A DNA stretch of 64,000 nt from the human T2T-CHM13v2.0 reference genome, Homo sapiens. The stretch lies in the NCBI RefSeq assembly GCF_009914755.1, contig NC_060937.1; one strand, 5' to 3'. The position numbers and the translations under genes are program-made. Positions within the stretch are counted from its first letter, which is position 1. Each line of letters opens with the position of its first letter. The notes beneath the pieces are model-generated. The model was not told the origin of the DNA. It searched no databases and saw nothing but the letters and a program-made list of their open reading frames with translations. Shown in pieces: positions 14,985-28,818 of this stretch.

Positions 14985-15180
14985 CATAGAATGAAAATGG
15001 AATGTGCTGTGGTGGCAGAACAGAAAGAAGTTGGGTGATTGACACCATTGAGCTGCTGCAGGAAATCTGTTAGTCTCCATTTCCAGGGGTCTTGCTATGT
15101 AGAAAAATTGGATGACTTTATTGCTTAAGTCACTATAAGAATGTTTTCTGTTACCTGCAACCCAATGCACCCAACTAATA
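14985..15180 (+). mobile_element. Old MLT1 LTR 3' fragment
   Basis: cattgagctgctgca ... ttctgttacctgcaacccaatgcacccaactaata. Confidence 0.5.
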
Positions 15181-15307
15181 AAGTATGTTTCTAGAAATAC
15201 ACTTGCCTGCACTCATTTTTAAGACACACAGACCACATACACACGGAGAGATATTTTTAAAGGTCTTGTACTACATAAATTGTACTATTTTTTAATTTAA
15301 AAATATG

Positions 15308-15622
<315 letters not shown>

Positions 15623-16059
15623 TTACATTATAGCACATGTACAAGACTGAAATCTGTCTCATTTTTTAAAGTAACTGCCTAGTACTTTATGCATGAACAT
15701 CCTTTGCCTTCAAATTGAATTTGAGGATCAACCTCAGCTATTTTCATAAAATAAATTTAAAAATGTATAAAAAGATGAAAAATATGAGGGAAACATTAAG
15801 TGAAATGGAATTTGAATTCATAAGTTGTGATATCCATCTAAATGAGTCACCAAGAGATAAAAGATGAAAAATGAAAACAAATACAGAAATAATAGAAGAA
15901 AACTTTAAAAGGTAGAGAATAAAGAAACACATGCTGTAATGTCACTACCCACTCAGTGTTAATTTAAATGGATTTGTTGAGAAGACTCCAAAAGCAGGTA
16001 TAAATGTCGAGTATGTGTGTGCACATGTGTGTGTGTATGTGTGCAACCCTATATAAAAT

Positions 16060-16830
<771 letters not shown>

Positions 16831-16831
16831 T

Positions 16832-17315
16832 ATAGCTGAACAGAAAAAGCTTTGTCTTTTAACCTGGATATCTGGAGTTTTTTACTCTTGGTGAAGATAA
16901 CTGCAATGACATTTATCATGTATGATTTAAAGTCAGGAAATGCCTCCTGGTAACCTACAGGGTCAGTTTTTCACTGATGGGTTACAACTGGCCTAATTGG
17001 TTTGACAAACCTAGCTTGATTACATGGACAAGGAAACATAAAAGGCTTGTGGAGAATTTCTCCTCGAAGCCCTCCTGAAAGCATGATTCCTAGCACAGAA
17101 TCTTGGTGGTTGACACTGGAGACAGAATGCACACTCTGTGTCTGTGAATACTTGGAGCCCTGGGTAGCTTTCAACATGGGATGTCTTTCAGACTCCCAGT
17201 CCATGCCCGCACTCTCTTTCACTTGCTGCACCATATCCTTTGCCTTTAAATAAAAGCCCCATGTAAATATGTTCTATGGAATGTAGTGGTTCCTTTCAAA
17301 CATCCAAACAGGAAG
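16832..17315 (+). mobile_element. Probable old ERVL-class LTR
   Basis: LTR-like 3' part (tatcctttgcctttaaataaaagcc...) interrupting L1 sequence; family not determined. Confidence 0.35.
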
Positions 17316-17439
17316 CTTTTCAGTATGTATACATTTCTATTGAGAATACACCTAAGAATGAATTTGCTATTTGCCAGTTCATAAAAGTATATATATTTAT
17401 ATATTGAGCTTTAGACAAAATTTGCAAGTAAAATACAAA

Positions 17440-18420
17440 AAGAAATTTCTTCAACCATTAGAGAATAAGTTACTGACCTGATTCCCAATTACCACCAAAT
17501 ATTTTGGGGTTTATTCCTTACAAACAGGTTTCTACTACATGTTAACAACACAACTATCAGCATTGGTTGTATTCCCACTAACACCCTGTTACTGTCTAAT
17601 CCTCAGACCCCATTCAAGACCCTGGCACTCTACATTAAGCTACCCCTGTGTGTAGTTACCTTCTTCACTCTACTCTGACTCCAACACCTCATGCTTGGCC
17701 ACCGTCATTCTTGGATGCCATCCCTGGGCTCTGATCTACTCCCTAGATTATCATCCATTTCACATAGACACTCTTCTCATCCTTCCTGGGTTAAACCCAC
17801 ATGGGTGCTCACCCTACTCTGCTCAGTCAGGCTCTGACACTCCAACCTTGCTACATCACTGCGTGATGCCCTTTTCATCTTGCTTGGGTTCTGCCACCAC
17901 TTCTGTGTGGACTCCTTCTCCTGTTCTTTGGCTTTGATACCTGGCACCTTGGAGCCCTCCTATACAGATGCCCCTTTCAGTCTATTTACACCAGAAAATC
18001 CCACAGTGACCTGACTCTTCTACATGCAAATCCTTTTTATCCCATTCTGTGCCACTGCCTTACATGGGTGTTATCTTCCCACTAGCCTGAGGGGTTTAGA
18101 CACCAGGTGATGGATAATACTTCTGTCTGGATGCTCCCTCACCTTTTTTTGATTCTGACACCCCACGTGGGTCACCTACATGCATTGAAGCCCTTACTCA
18201 GCTGTGGCTTCAATCCAAATGAGGCAGCCTTCCTCTGTATATGGAGGAATTAACCATTTTTCCCTATTCTAAAAATTAATCATTTCCCCAAAGAGCACAG
18301 GTTTCTTTCATGGAGAAATAGTGTTTGGATACAAAGGTCTAGAGGCTAGGTGTTCTACTAGGGTGTCATTGCTTCTAGATTCTTTCACTTCACAAAGCTA
18401 AGAAATACATATGCATATAC
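17440..18420 (-). mobile_element. L1MC4/L1MC5-type 3' UTR fragment including its degenerate internal repeats
   Basis: Recurrent ggatgccc...gggctctgacacccca units and atttccccaaagagc...ggagaaatagtgtttgga...aggtctagaggctaggtgt. Confidence 0.5.
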
Positions 18421-19224
18421 CAAGCAAAGCACACCATAAGGGTAAAATGATGACTTTTTTGAGGTTGGAGGTTACTATCTGTCCATCCTGTCTTCCTTAG
18501 ATTATTTCCTTGAAATCTTAATAGGTCCAAATAACAGATTTATGCTTTTGATTTTGCAGTGGAAGAATGGGGACTTTCTGACCCTTGGAATTGTAAACAA
18601 ATGCCTCCAAAACTTACTTGGGAGTTTTTCACAAGAGGACTATCTTAGGATGTAGCCCTTTGTCTCTTGAGGAGATGAGAAGTTATTCTTACTTCTGCTT
18701 TGCTAAATAAATTATGTGAAAGTCTGCCTAGACATTTTAGTCACTTTTGTAGTACCTACGTGCATAGAAATCTGACCATGTTCATGTAGTAATAAACTGT
18801 GTTCTCTTTTCTATGTTGGTTCAGAGAGGTCTTTGTTAGTGTTATTTTATTTCCAACAAACACACGGCCTATATTTCTGTATTGTTACTTTCTAGAGATG
18901 GATGACTTTGGATGGTCAAATATTGATAGAAAGGCACTAGTGAAACATAATTCAGAAAAAACACATTTACAGATTTGGTGACAAGAAATGAAGAAATTTT
19001 TCATGTTAAGCTCCAATTATCTCCGAAAGGTAGAAGGAAAGTCATTAGTTGAGAGTATACATGGCATTGGAGTTGGAAGTTTTGAGAAAAGTGAAGGCTT
19101 ATAAAATTAAAATAGTTGTTTCCAATAAGATGAAATAGAACTGATTAAAGAACAAAGGAGACATGATTGCCGAGGAGTCTCTCAGATTATTTCACGTTGA
19201 TCACTGTAGTCTATTGTTTCACAA

Positions 19225-19401
19225 TAACTCATTCCAAAGCAAGCTGCATATTGGATTCACCTGGGATCTTTTAAGATATACCGATTCCTGGGTGCCACCT
19301 GCAGAGATTCTGTTGTAATCACTCAGGAGTCTGACATCAGCATCCAGATTTCAAAAGTTCCCCAAGTGATTCTAAAGTGTCCTGAAGATCAAGAACCATT
19401 G
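19225..19401. mobile_element. MER5B-like MITE
   Basis: gctgcatattggattcacctgg...agagattctg...ccccaagtgattctaa...agaaccattg. Confidence 0.6.
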
Positions 19402-19698
19402 ACCCAGATAGAATGTTCATCACCTTTATTGTTTTCCACAAAAACCTACCCATGTAAAGCATTTGTGAGGATAGAAAAGTTTACTGAAAATTAGAAATTG
19501 AGAGTTGAATTGGCAAACAAATTTAGTCAAATTAAATTCTGAGTTTTAATGCTTTCCTATGGCCAACCCAAGAGTGTGGAACTTTCCTTGGGCCTTCACC
19601 CCTTTGTCTGCAAACTCAAATCATTTCACTAACTCTTCTCCACCTTCCCAGTCTCTGCTTTCTGAATGCCACTTCCTAGTCTACCTGACTCTGGGAAC

Positions 19699-19782
19699 TA
19701 TCGGTTGGAGCAAAAGTAATTGCACTTTTTGCCATTAAAATTGATGTCAAAAACCACAAATTACTTTTGCACCAGCCTAATA
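19699..19782. mobile_element. MADE1 MITE
   Basis: ggttggagcaaaagtaattgc ... aattacttttgcaccagcctaata palindrome. Confidence 0.8.
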
Positions 19783-22419
19783 AAACTTCTCACTCCATAA
19801 CTCAGAGTGATTCAGCTCTCACTAACAACCTGGTGTTCTCCATTTTCCTTTAGCGTGGACTATAGCTATTCATCACTTTTGAGAATTTTTAAGAGGCAAC
19901 ATTCTTGCATGTGATCTGGTTTATACAACCAGGATAAAAGGCCAATGTTGACTCCAAAGTTTCCCAGGCCCAGGATCTCCTCAGAAATATGTGGCAGAGA
20001 CAGACCTGCAGGATAAAGACAAGATATGCAGTCTTTTCTCATTCACTCCATTGATAGCTAGTAACAGCCGACCATATCTCAGTTCAATGAAGGAAAAAGA
20101 CAGACAAATAGATACAGTAGAGTGTAGACTATATAATGGTTTAGTATACATAGGAAGTACACAAGTACAGTAACATCTGGACAAACTAGAGGATGAGAGA
20201 AGAAGGGAATTGAGAGAGCATTGCAAGAAGTGAAGAACCCAGGGTTTGAGCTAGCCTTCTGAATCCACATGTATAGAGTTGTAGAATTGGAGTACTACAA
20301 AGGATGTCAGAAATCGTCTAATCTAGTGACCCTTTGTTACAGACTAGAAAATAGAAATCTCATAGCCTAGGAGTTGAACTGAATTACAGAAAGTCCCATA
20401 ACAAGTCAGGGGCAGCACAAGGATTAAATTGGAATTGGCGTTCATTGACGACTGGCCCAGCAATACTCCCTCAACAGGTAACGAATTTCTAAGGTTCTAT
20501 GAGCACAGCTACAGGAGGGATTAGGCCAGCAATAGGGTCGCTGGTGGCAGTAGAGGCCTAAACCTGCATGGCTTACACCTCTGTCTGCAACGTAACTGAC
20601 TCATTCTAGCCCTATCTGTGCACTCTGCAGTACCTCTGCTCAGAAGGTGCCAATGGGGGAAAATGCTAGATAGATAATTTGGCTTGAGCATAGAGTGTGA
20701 GGGAAGGACACATACTGAAAACAGGAAGGAGAATGAGAAACCTGAATCAAGAACCAGCCTAACAAATATTAGGCCTTTGAATTATAAAGCAGGCATATGG
20801 TATGGCTTTAGGAAATTACAAGATCATAAAGATGAGCAAATAAGACTAGAAAATTATGACTTTGGGACCTTGTGTCTGAAGTAAATGGAGAGGCACTTTG
20901 GGGAGTGGCAGGCAATGAAAACATATCTACCACCTGAGGAGATGACTCACAGAAATTCAAAACAGCCTCTTTTTTTTAAGTCCAATGCAAATATAGTCAA
21001 GTGAGGGAGGGTACATCATTCATTCTCAACTCACTGTGTTTAGTTTCTTAAAAGATGGCCGAATTGTAAAAAAAGTTTTTGAATGGGGCAGTTCTAGTGT
21101 CAGTTGTTCTCTCTTTTCCTTTTTTACTTACCCACTACTATAAACTACCATAGATACATTCTTTACATTCAGTTAGTTAGTTTTACGTTTCCCAATTTCC
21201 ACATTTGTAATTATAGCCTAGGAAGCTTCTTTGCTTGGAGAAAGATGTTCTTATATTAAAACATAAAACTCTTCCCAAGCATCCACTAGTTCATCCAGTA
21301 AGCAATTTCATCATTACACACCAGAGGTCAGTATTGGATTATTAATTTACATGAGTGATTAATTTTTACTTTCCCAGTAATAAAGATGAGAAACAAAATA
21401 CCAAAGATTATTACTATATTAGAGCTTTGGTGTTAGTTCCTTAAGCAAGTATCATCAGTGCAGGCATGCACAGATCATGAATGGCTTAACAAAAATACAA
21501 AAGAAAAAGAAAAAAGCCATCACAATGAAGGTGGCCTTTGTTCTTTAGGAAGACATTCATAACTCATTCCAGGCATATTAATTATGCAACTTTTACACAA
21601 AAGTTACTTTATATTGAGAAATGTTCACAACTAGCAGTATTAACAGACATGCTGGCAGTGAATTAAAAAGATAACAATAGTTTTTAAAGCCTCATTCAAA
21701 TCTGCATATCTACAATAGTGTATCAATTTGGGATGGCCAAAGTTATAGATAATTTGGATAAATAAAATAAGGGCTCAGCAGTAAAATAATGACTATCTCC
21801 AGAAGCTTTAAGATTAAATGAAAAGAAGAAAAGACTAAAGGCAGACCAAGCTATCATGCTGACTACAGACATAGTAAAGGCTTTCCACAGAAAGAGAAAA
21901 TAGATTAGTCTTGTTTTACTCTGGTCAACAAAGGATAGAATTATAGAAATGGAGATTGCAGCTGCATATAGATAGAATTGTTAAGACTCATAGCTATTCC
22001 AACATCTTTGCTTAGGGGGCCATAGGGAGTGCCAACATCGAGTATCAGAACAAACTAGATGAATGCCAAAATCTCTTATATTCTAAGGTTATATGAGAAA
22101 GTGATTTTGATGCCAAAGAGTAAGTATTCCACAAATTCCAAACCTCCTTCCAGGCATATATATTCGGGTGGCACCTGCTTTAAGAAGTCTCCCTTAATCT
22201 GAGAACACAGTTTGCTTGTGCTTCTAATACTTTGACCATATATTGTCTTTTGTCATCTTTTGACCATATTGTACATTTATGTATTATTTAGCTTTGTGTT
22301 GTTATGTCTTATCTAAAACCAAGATTCTTCTTTTAGGAATACATGTTATTTTATCCTCTATGACACCTAGCACAATACAATGAAGTTAGTAGATACTCAG
22401 ATAATATCTGTAGTCTGAA

Positions 22420-22555
22420 CCTATTTCCTTATCTAAAAAGTAAGGAATAAAAGCACCCACTTTACCTGCCTCACTGAGCTGTTTTGAAGATCAGATGAAA
22501 TAATGTGCCTGAAAGCACTTTGAAAAGTATAAAATGTTATACAAATGTAAGGCAT
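22420..22555 (+). mobile_element. MIR fragment
   Basis: tttccttatctaaaaagtaaggaataa...gaagatcagatgaaataatg...aaagcactttg. Confidence 0.55.
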
Positions 22556-23026
22556 TCTAATTTCAGAGGGAGGTTTTTCTCAGTTATAACCTCCATGTCA
22601 GCTTGAATAAAGGAACATTTTTTAAAACTTAATCTGAAAAGAAACTTGTCCCTTCTGGGCACAAATTATAAAACTCCCCAAAAAATGTTTGTATATATTT
22701 TTGTTTGTTTGTTCCTAAATAGTATAACAAGCTATGGTCTTTCAGGGAAAATGTTGCTCTGATACTAGTTCACAATGTAGAAAATTGCCCTTATGTACTT
22801 TCAGGAAAGAATTGCAAACAAGTGAGCTATTTTCTCTTCTCGAGTAAAGGGACTTCCCAAGCATGGGTGGCAGCTGTTCAAGTCCATCTGGTCAAGAATT
22901 CACTAAGATCATAATGTGAAAGTTGCTCAAGTGCAGATTTGCATGACAGCCTGCAAATGTTCCTTTGGAGACGAAATGGTTTCTCAGGTCAATAATCTGC
23001 ATATTTAAAAGTCTCTAGGACACCCT

Positions 23027-23720
23027 AAGATGGCGGCGAGGGAGACGGTGAAGGTTGGCTCCCGCCTGTCTGGGCTCTGATCCTCTGTCTCCCCCTCCCG
23101 CTGCGGCCGGCTCACGGCCTGGCGGAGGCCCGAACCAAAGACCTCCGCACCGCCGTGTACAACGCCGCCCGTGACGGCAGGCTGCAGCTGCTCCAGAAGC
23201 TGCTCAGCGGCCGGAGCCGGGAGGAACTGGACGAGCTGACTGGCTAGGTGGCCGGCGGGGGGACGCCGCTGCTCATCGCCGCCTGCTACGGCCACCTGGA
23301 CGTGGTGGAGTACCTGGTGGACCGGTGCGGCGCGAGCGTGGAGGCCGGTGGCTCGGTGCACTTCGATGGCGAGACCGTGGAGGGTGCGCCGCCGCTGTGG
23401 GCGCGGACCACCTGGACGTGGTGCGGAGCCTGCTGCGCCGCGGGGCCTCGGTGAACCGCACCACGCGCACCAACTCCACGCCCCTCCGCGCCGCCTGCTT
23501 CGAGGGCCTCCTGGAGGTGGTGCCCTACCTGGTCGGCGAGCACCAGGCCAACCTGGAGGTGGCCAACCGGCACGGCCACACGTGCCTCATGATCTCGTGC
23601 TACAAGGGTCACCGTGAGATCGCCCGCTACCTGCTGGAGCAGGGCGCCCAGGTGAACTGGCGCAGCGCCAAGGGCAACACGGCCCTGCACAACTGTGCCG
23701 AGACCAGCAGCCTGGAGATC
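23027..23720 (+). promoter_or_regulatory. CpG-island-like segment with YY1-type motif, carried in by the FEM1A retrocopy
   Basis: High GC and many CpGs in an AT-rich neighbourhood; AAGATGGCGGC at 23027-23037. Activity unknown. Confidence 0.5.
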
Positions 23721-23772
23721 CTGCAGCTGCTGCTGGGGTGCAAGGCCAGCAGGGAACGTGGATAGCTACGGC

Positions 23773-25131
23773 ATGACCCCGTTGCTCCCGGCCAGAGTGA
23801 CGGGCCACACCAACATCGTGGAGTACCTCATCCAGGAGCAGCCCGGCCAGGAGCAGGTCACAGGGGTAGAGGCTCAGCCTGGGCTGCCCCAAGAAGGCTC
23901 CTCCACCAGCCAGGGGTGTAGGCAGCCTCAGGGGGCTCCGTGCTGCATCTTCTCCCCTGAGGTACTGAACGGGGAATCTTACCAAAGCTGCTGTCCCACC
24001 AGCCGGGAAGCTGCTGTGGAAGCCTTGGAATTGCTGGGATCTACGTATGTGGATAAGAAACGAGATCTGCTTGGGGCCCTTAAACACTGGAGGCGGGCCA
24101 TGGAGCTGCGTCACCAGAGGGTTGAGTACCTGCCCAAACTGGAGCCCCCACAGCTGGTCCTGGCCTATGACTATTCCAGGGAGGTCAACACCACCGAGGA
24201 CCTGGAGGCGCTGATCACCGACCCCGATGAGATGCGTATGCAGGCCCTGTTGATCCGGGAGCGCATCCTCAGTCCCTCGCACCCCGACAGTTCCTATTGT
24301 ATCCGTTACAGGGGCGCCGTGTACGCCGACTCGGGCAATATCGAGTGCTACATCCGCTTGTGGAAGTACGCCCTGGACATGCAACAGAGCAACCTGGAGC
24401 CTCTGAGCCCCATGACCGCCAGCAGCTTCCCCTCCTTCGCTGAACTCTTCTCCTACGTGCTGCAGGACCCGGCTGCCAAAGGCAGCCTGGGCACCCAGAT
24501 CGGCTTTGCAGACTTCATGGGGGTCCTCACCAAAGGGGTCTGGGAAGTAGAATGGGCCCTGCAGCTGCTCAGGGAGCCTAGAGACTCGGCCCAGTTCAAC
24601 AAGGCGCTGGCCATCATCCTCCACCTGCTCTACCTGCTGGAGAAAGTGGAGTGCACCCCCAGCCGGGAGCACCTGAAGCACCAGACCATCTACCGCCTGC
24701 TCAAGTGCGCACCCAGGGGCAAGAACGGCTTCACCCCTCTGCACATGGCTGTGGACAAGGACACCACAAACGTGGGCCGCTACTCCGTGGGCAGATTCCC
24801 CTCCTTGCACGTGGTCAAAGTGCTGTTCGACTGCGGGGCCGACCGGGACAGCAGGGATTTTGACAACACCCCGCTACACATAGCAGCCCAGAACAACTGC
24901 CCGGCCATCGTGAATGCCCTGATTGAAGCAGGGGCCCACATGGACGCCACCAACGCCTTCAAGAAGACGGCCTACGAGCTGCTGGAAGAGAAGCTGCTGG
25001 CCAGGGGTACCATGCAGCCCTTCAACTATGTGACCCTGCAGTGCCTTGCAGCCCAGGCCCTGGATAAGAACAAGATCCCTTACAAGGGCTTCATCCCGGA
25101 AGATCTGAAGGCATTCATCGAACTGCACTGA
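23773..25131 (+). CDS. Residual open frame of the FEM1A retrocopy (452 aa, C-terminal two-thirds; translation unproven)
   Basis: Native in-frame ATG (GGC ATG ACC) to the native stop without interruption. Includes the later ankyrin repeats and the C-terminal TLQCLAAQAL box. Confidence 0.3.
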   Translation: MTPLLPARVTGHTNIVEYLIQEQPGQEQVTGVEAQPGLPQEGSSTSQGCRQPQGAPCCIFSPEVLNGESYQSCCPTSREAAVEALELLGSTYVDKKRDLLGALKHWRRAMELRHQRVEYLPKLEPPQLVLAYDYSREVNTTEDLEALITDPDEMRMQALLIRERILSPSHPDSSYCIRYRGAVYADSGNIECYIRLWKYALDMQQSNLEPLSPMTASSFPSFAELFSYVLQDPAAKGSLGTQIGFADFMGVLTKGVWEVEWALQLLREPRDSAQFNKALAIILHLLYLLEKVECTPSREHLKHQTIYRLLKCAPRGKNGFTPLHMAVDKDTTNVGRYSVGRFPSLHVVKVLFDCGADRDSRDFDNTPLHIAAQNNCPAIVNALIEAGAHMDATNAFKKTAYELLEEKLLARGTMQPFNYVTLQCLAAQALDKNKIPYKGFIPEDLKAFIELH

Positions 25132-28100
25132 CCTGCCCAGAACATCTGCACCCTCACCTCTCCCCTCTCCTGCTGAGACGGGGGAAATCAGGCTGGGGTA
25201 TAGCAGATGCTCGTTCTTGCCTCCTTCAGGCACCAATCAGGAGAAGGGTTCTGCCTCCCATCCCCTTTACCTGAAGACAGGGTCTGAGGTGTTAGCGAGC
25301 CTTTGGTGCTAGAAGCCTTCAGGGTCACATGCCAAGAGGACAGTCTTTCTCCGGGAGCCCACTGACTCAGAAATTCTGAGTTAGGAAAAGACACAAGACC
25401 TTCCCCACATCCTGTCTGCCTGGGTTACGGAGGCCTTTGCCTTGTTACCTAGAGGCGGAGGGACTGAAGCCATTGCGTTCCTTCCCTGCTAGAAACACAG
25501 GAAGAAGTTGAGGACGGTCTGCCTTCCCTTGTCCTTTTACATGGCCAGGTAACTCCCCCTGCTGAATACAGTGTTAGGACTGGGGGCTCCCGAGATGAGA
25601 GTTTGAAAGTCAGGGAATGAAACCACCTCTCATTTCTTCCAGCATGATCACGACCTGCTCCTGTGCCACCGTAGTCCCTGGCAGACAGGCAGGGCTCTGC
25701 TCAGGGCAGCCTGTCACTTGCATAGCTTTTGGTTAGTTTGGTGTTCTGTTTATTTAATAAGTGGGAAGGTTGCAAGCATTGCACAGAAATTCTGAGATTT
25801 ACTGCCTTTTTTTTTTTTTAAAGAAAGTTGTTTGTTGGACTCCATAAGTGAATTTCAAGCAGTGAGGATTTTGTAGTGCCTGAGATGGCTGAGGCCACAG
25901 GGAGTGAGCTGTATGTGTGAGGAAGTTGGTGAGCGAGATAAAAGTCCATGGTGTCGACCCCTAAAACGGGTGACCGTACATTTTTATACATCTCCACTCT
26001 ACGGCCTTTTATAGGCTTTCCAATTTTACAGGCCCTTCCAATTTTCCATTCTCATTGGAAAGAGAACTGTGCTTCCAAACAGAAATCAGGAGTGACCACA
26101 AAGCCTGACAACACTTTGCCACCCAGCAAGAACTGGCACAATTGGTTTGGGTCTGCATTGCCATAGTGCCCGAGTTAAAACTACAGGCCACTCCACCTTG
26201 CAAACATCACGTGGCCTCTGATTTCATTGTGGGTGCATCCACAGGTGGCCCTAGCTCTTTTTTCAGCTGCTCCGAGGATTGGGACCCAAGTCATCATGAA
26301 AAAGGCCCAGGTACAGTCTTAATGTGAAAAATCCACTAGCTAAGACGTTGAGTGCCAAGACCAGCCTTCCAGCCAAGGTTTGGACAAAGTCTCAAGTTCC
26401 CATGACTCAGGGTAAGGTGCTGGGGCTGCCAGAGGACCTGCCCCAGCAAGATTTTTCTCAAGAGTGAGACTCCATCAGCCCGGGCAGACGGGAGCAGGTT
26501 CTTGGCCGGTGTAGACAGCAGCAAACAGCAGAAGGGAAGCCATTCTCACTACATCCTCCCTGCAGTAGCCACAGCCAGGCCCTTAGGAGGAGTAGCAACC
26601 GGGGGTGTCCAGAAACATCCTGTCCCTGGATGGAAACTAGGTCTCGTTTGGATTTTTTTTTCTTTTTTTTTTTTTGCTGTGTTAGTTAGGAAATTATTTA
26701 TTAATTTACAAGACAGGTTTTATCTCAGCCAAGGAGGGAAATGGCGTCCCTGTCCCTCCCAAAGCACAGAGCAGAGAAATGAGGCTGTTTACATCGCAAG
26801 TCTCTGCGCTGGTGTTTAAGTCATTAAAAAGATATTCAAAAAAAAAAGTCTCTAAATACAGGCTTATGGAATAATTCATAACAGCTTTAAGGAACTATCA
26901 TGGTACACTGGGAAAGTCACTCATATTGCAGGATAGATTTCTTCTGTTGGCTGGTGAGCATTTGTTTATAGTCGGCCTTGACTCTACCACAATTTTAGAA
27001 GTAGTTCTTTTATTTCTTTAAAAGAAACATTTTGGGACAAAATATTGTGAACAAATAAGGAATACGACTATATTTGTGAAACCCCTTGTTAATTTCCAAG
27101 TGACATTTTAAATCTTGAATAAGACATGAACGCTCATAAATAAAGAGGGAAAAGAAATAATTAAATCAATGTTCCTAAGAGCTTCTCAGAAAATAAGAGA
27201 TAAGTGATAGAACTATGATCTACAATCTACCCTAACAGTATATTTGCATCACTTCTTAAACTTTGTTTAGTATTTTAACACGCTGTTTCTTATTATATGT
27301 GAAGAATGCTGTGAGGTAGCATGTCAATGTTTTGCAGATTAATAAACTGATGTCAAAAGAGGTTAAGTGACTGATTTTGTACTTTCATTATCTCAAAAGT
27401 GCAACTAAAACTGCACTTAGGATTGCCACTCCTGTCGGGGGCCATGGCTTTGGTCCTATTTTCTGCAAGTCTCTGGATGATGTCTGTCCACCCACCGTCT
27501 CTGAGTGTTCTCCTCACCTCGGCCTTCCTCCCTTATTTTAGTCCCACAACTGTCACCACTCTTCAGAATCCTCATGAAACTTCAGGAAAATCGACTGGGT
27601 AGGGCTTGTTTCAGAATTATCATCCAGCATTCTAGGGCTGATTTAGAATTCAGAGAAAGAAGCAAAAGCACTTATCAAAGTGTGTGCTCTAGAGGTAAGC
27701 TCAGAGGCACCATGGCAATCCCCACATTTCCCTAGGATGTCTTCAGAAATACCTGATACTGTCATCTCAGGCCCAGATATCATCCACCAGCTGAAGGCCG
27801 TGGGCAACATTCACATCTCAGAGTAAAGAGTGTTTTAGAAGTCCATGGGCAATCACCAGTCACGCAGGGAGTTCCAGGGACCAGCCAGTTGTTCCTTTCA
27901 TGAGTTAGGAGGCAGTAAGGACATCACGGTGATCATTTCCACTGAAAACACAAATTTAAGTCCACTCTGCTACTCAGCAGTTAATGCTGACTTCTGAAAA
28001 TTATGAAGCATTTATCACTATGGTCTCCTTCTAGGTTTATCAGTGCAGTCAGCTCAGAAAACTTTCATTCCTTCAGTATATCCAGCTCCAGCTAATCAGG

Positions 28101-28549
28101 TAGGGAACAATGAAAACAGGCTGACATTTGATTCAGAGGTTCTGGAAAGAAAGTGGACCTGGCAACAAAGTGACTGCACTTACAATCCCCCAACCTAATG
28201 TCATCAGGGTCCAGGGTAGACCATCTGGGGCTACCGGGGAGAGAAGACAGTTTCAGAGGCTGTCTATTATAAGCAGCTCCGATTAACATCTTAGGACCAC
28301 AAGACAAATTATCATTGGTATTTGAAGGCAAAAGGTCAAGGATGATCTGGCCCTGGGTGAGTACCTGGGTCTAACTCACAATTCTCAGAAAGGCCCTCTG
28401 GGTCCATTCCCGATACATTAACAAAATGCCTGAAACACAGTGGGGTTTGAGCAAATGACAGAATGAATGTTTATGGAGGACGATTGTCTGACCTCTTCTA
28501 CTATACACTTTTGAGAAAGGTTCTCAGAATGTATGGTTAAAGTATTGTA

Positions 28550-28777
28550 TAGGATTAGGAGCATTCCTAATCCAAAAATCAGAAATTCACACTTTTTGAA
28601 TGCTGACATAATGTTCAAAGGTTATACTCAAAAGGAAATGCTCATTAAAGCTTTTTAGATTTCAAATTTTTGAATTTGGGGTGTCAACCGGTAAGTTTAA
28701 TGCAAATGTTGAAAAATTTTTTAAAAATCCAATATGCATCTTGTCCCAAGAATTTTGGATAAGGAATACTCAACCTG
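28550..28777 (+). mobile_element. Tigger4a/MER46-type MITE
   Basis: cctaatccaaaaatc...ggaaatgctcatt...caaccggtaagt...ggataaggaatactcaacctg. Confidence 0.75.
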
Positions 28778-28818
28778 CATTTCAATTGTTTGCTTGTTTG
28801 CTCTGTCATCAAAAATGA

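Larger units (their letters stand above)
23018..26843 (+). pseudogene. FEM1AP4: FEM1A retrocopy (5' UTR, CDS 23137-25131, about 1.7 kb 3' UTR)
   Basis: Translates to FEM1A (DLRTAVYNAARDG...FIPEDLKAFIELH*). Start codon replaced by AAA (23137), TAG at codon 37 (23245-23247), frameshifting deletion near 23405 and +1 insertion near 23760. ATTAAA at 23 kb-insert end (26823), poly(A), and TSD aaaagtctcta (23007-23017 and 26844-26854) at a TTT/AAAA L1 endonuclease site. The parent gene is certain; the paralog number is inferred from recalled gene order. Confidence 0.93.

Noticed and set aside
17620-18250. Degenerate C/T-rich repeats of about 50 bp suggesting a novel minisatellite
   Set aside because: Best explained as the internal repeat region of L1MC4/5-type 3' UTRs, flanked by matching L1 sequence.
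23695-23772. N-terminal extension of the 478-aa ORF (MPRPAAWRSCSCC...)
   Set aside because: Starts at GTG and is out-of-frame FEM1A sequence upstream of the +1 frameshift; the first true ATG in this frame is at 23773.
23587-24810. 407-aa ORF on the minus strand
   Set aside because: Antisense shadow of the GC-rich FEM1A coding sequence; no recognisable protein.
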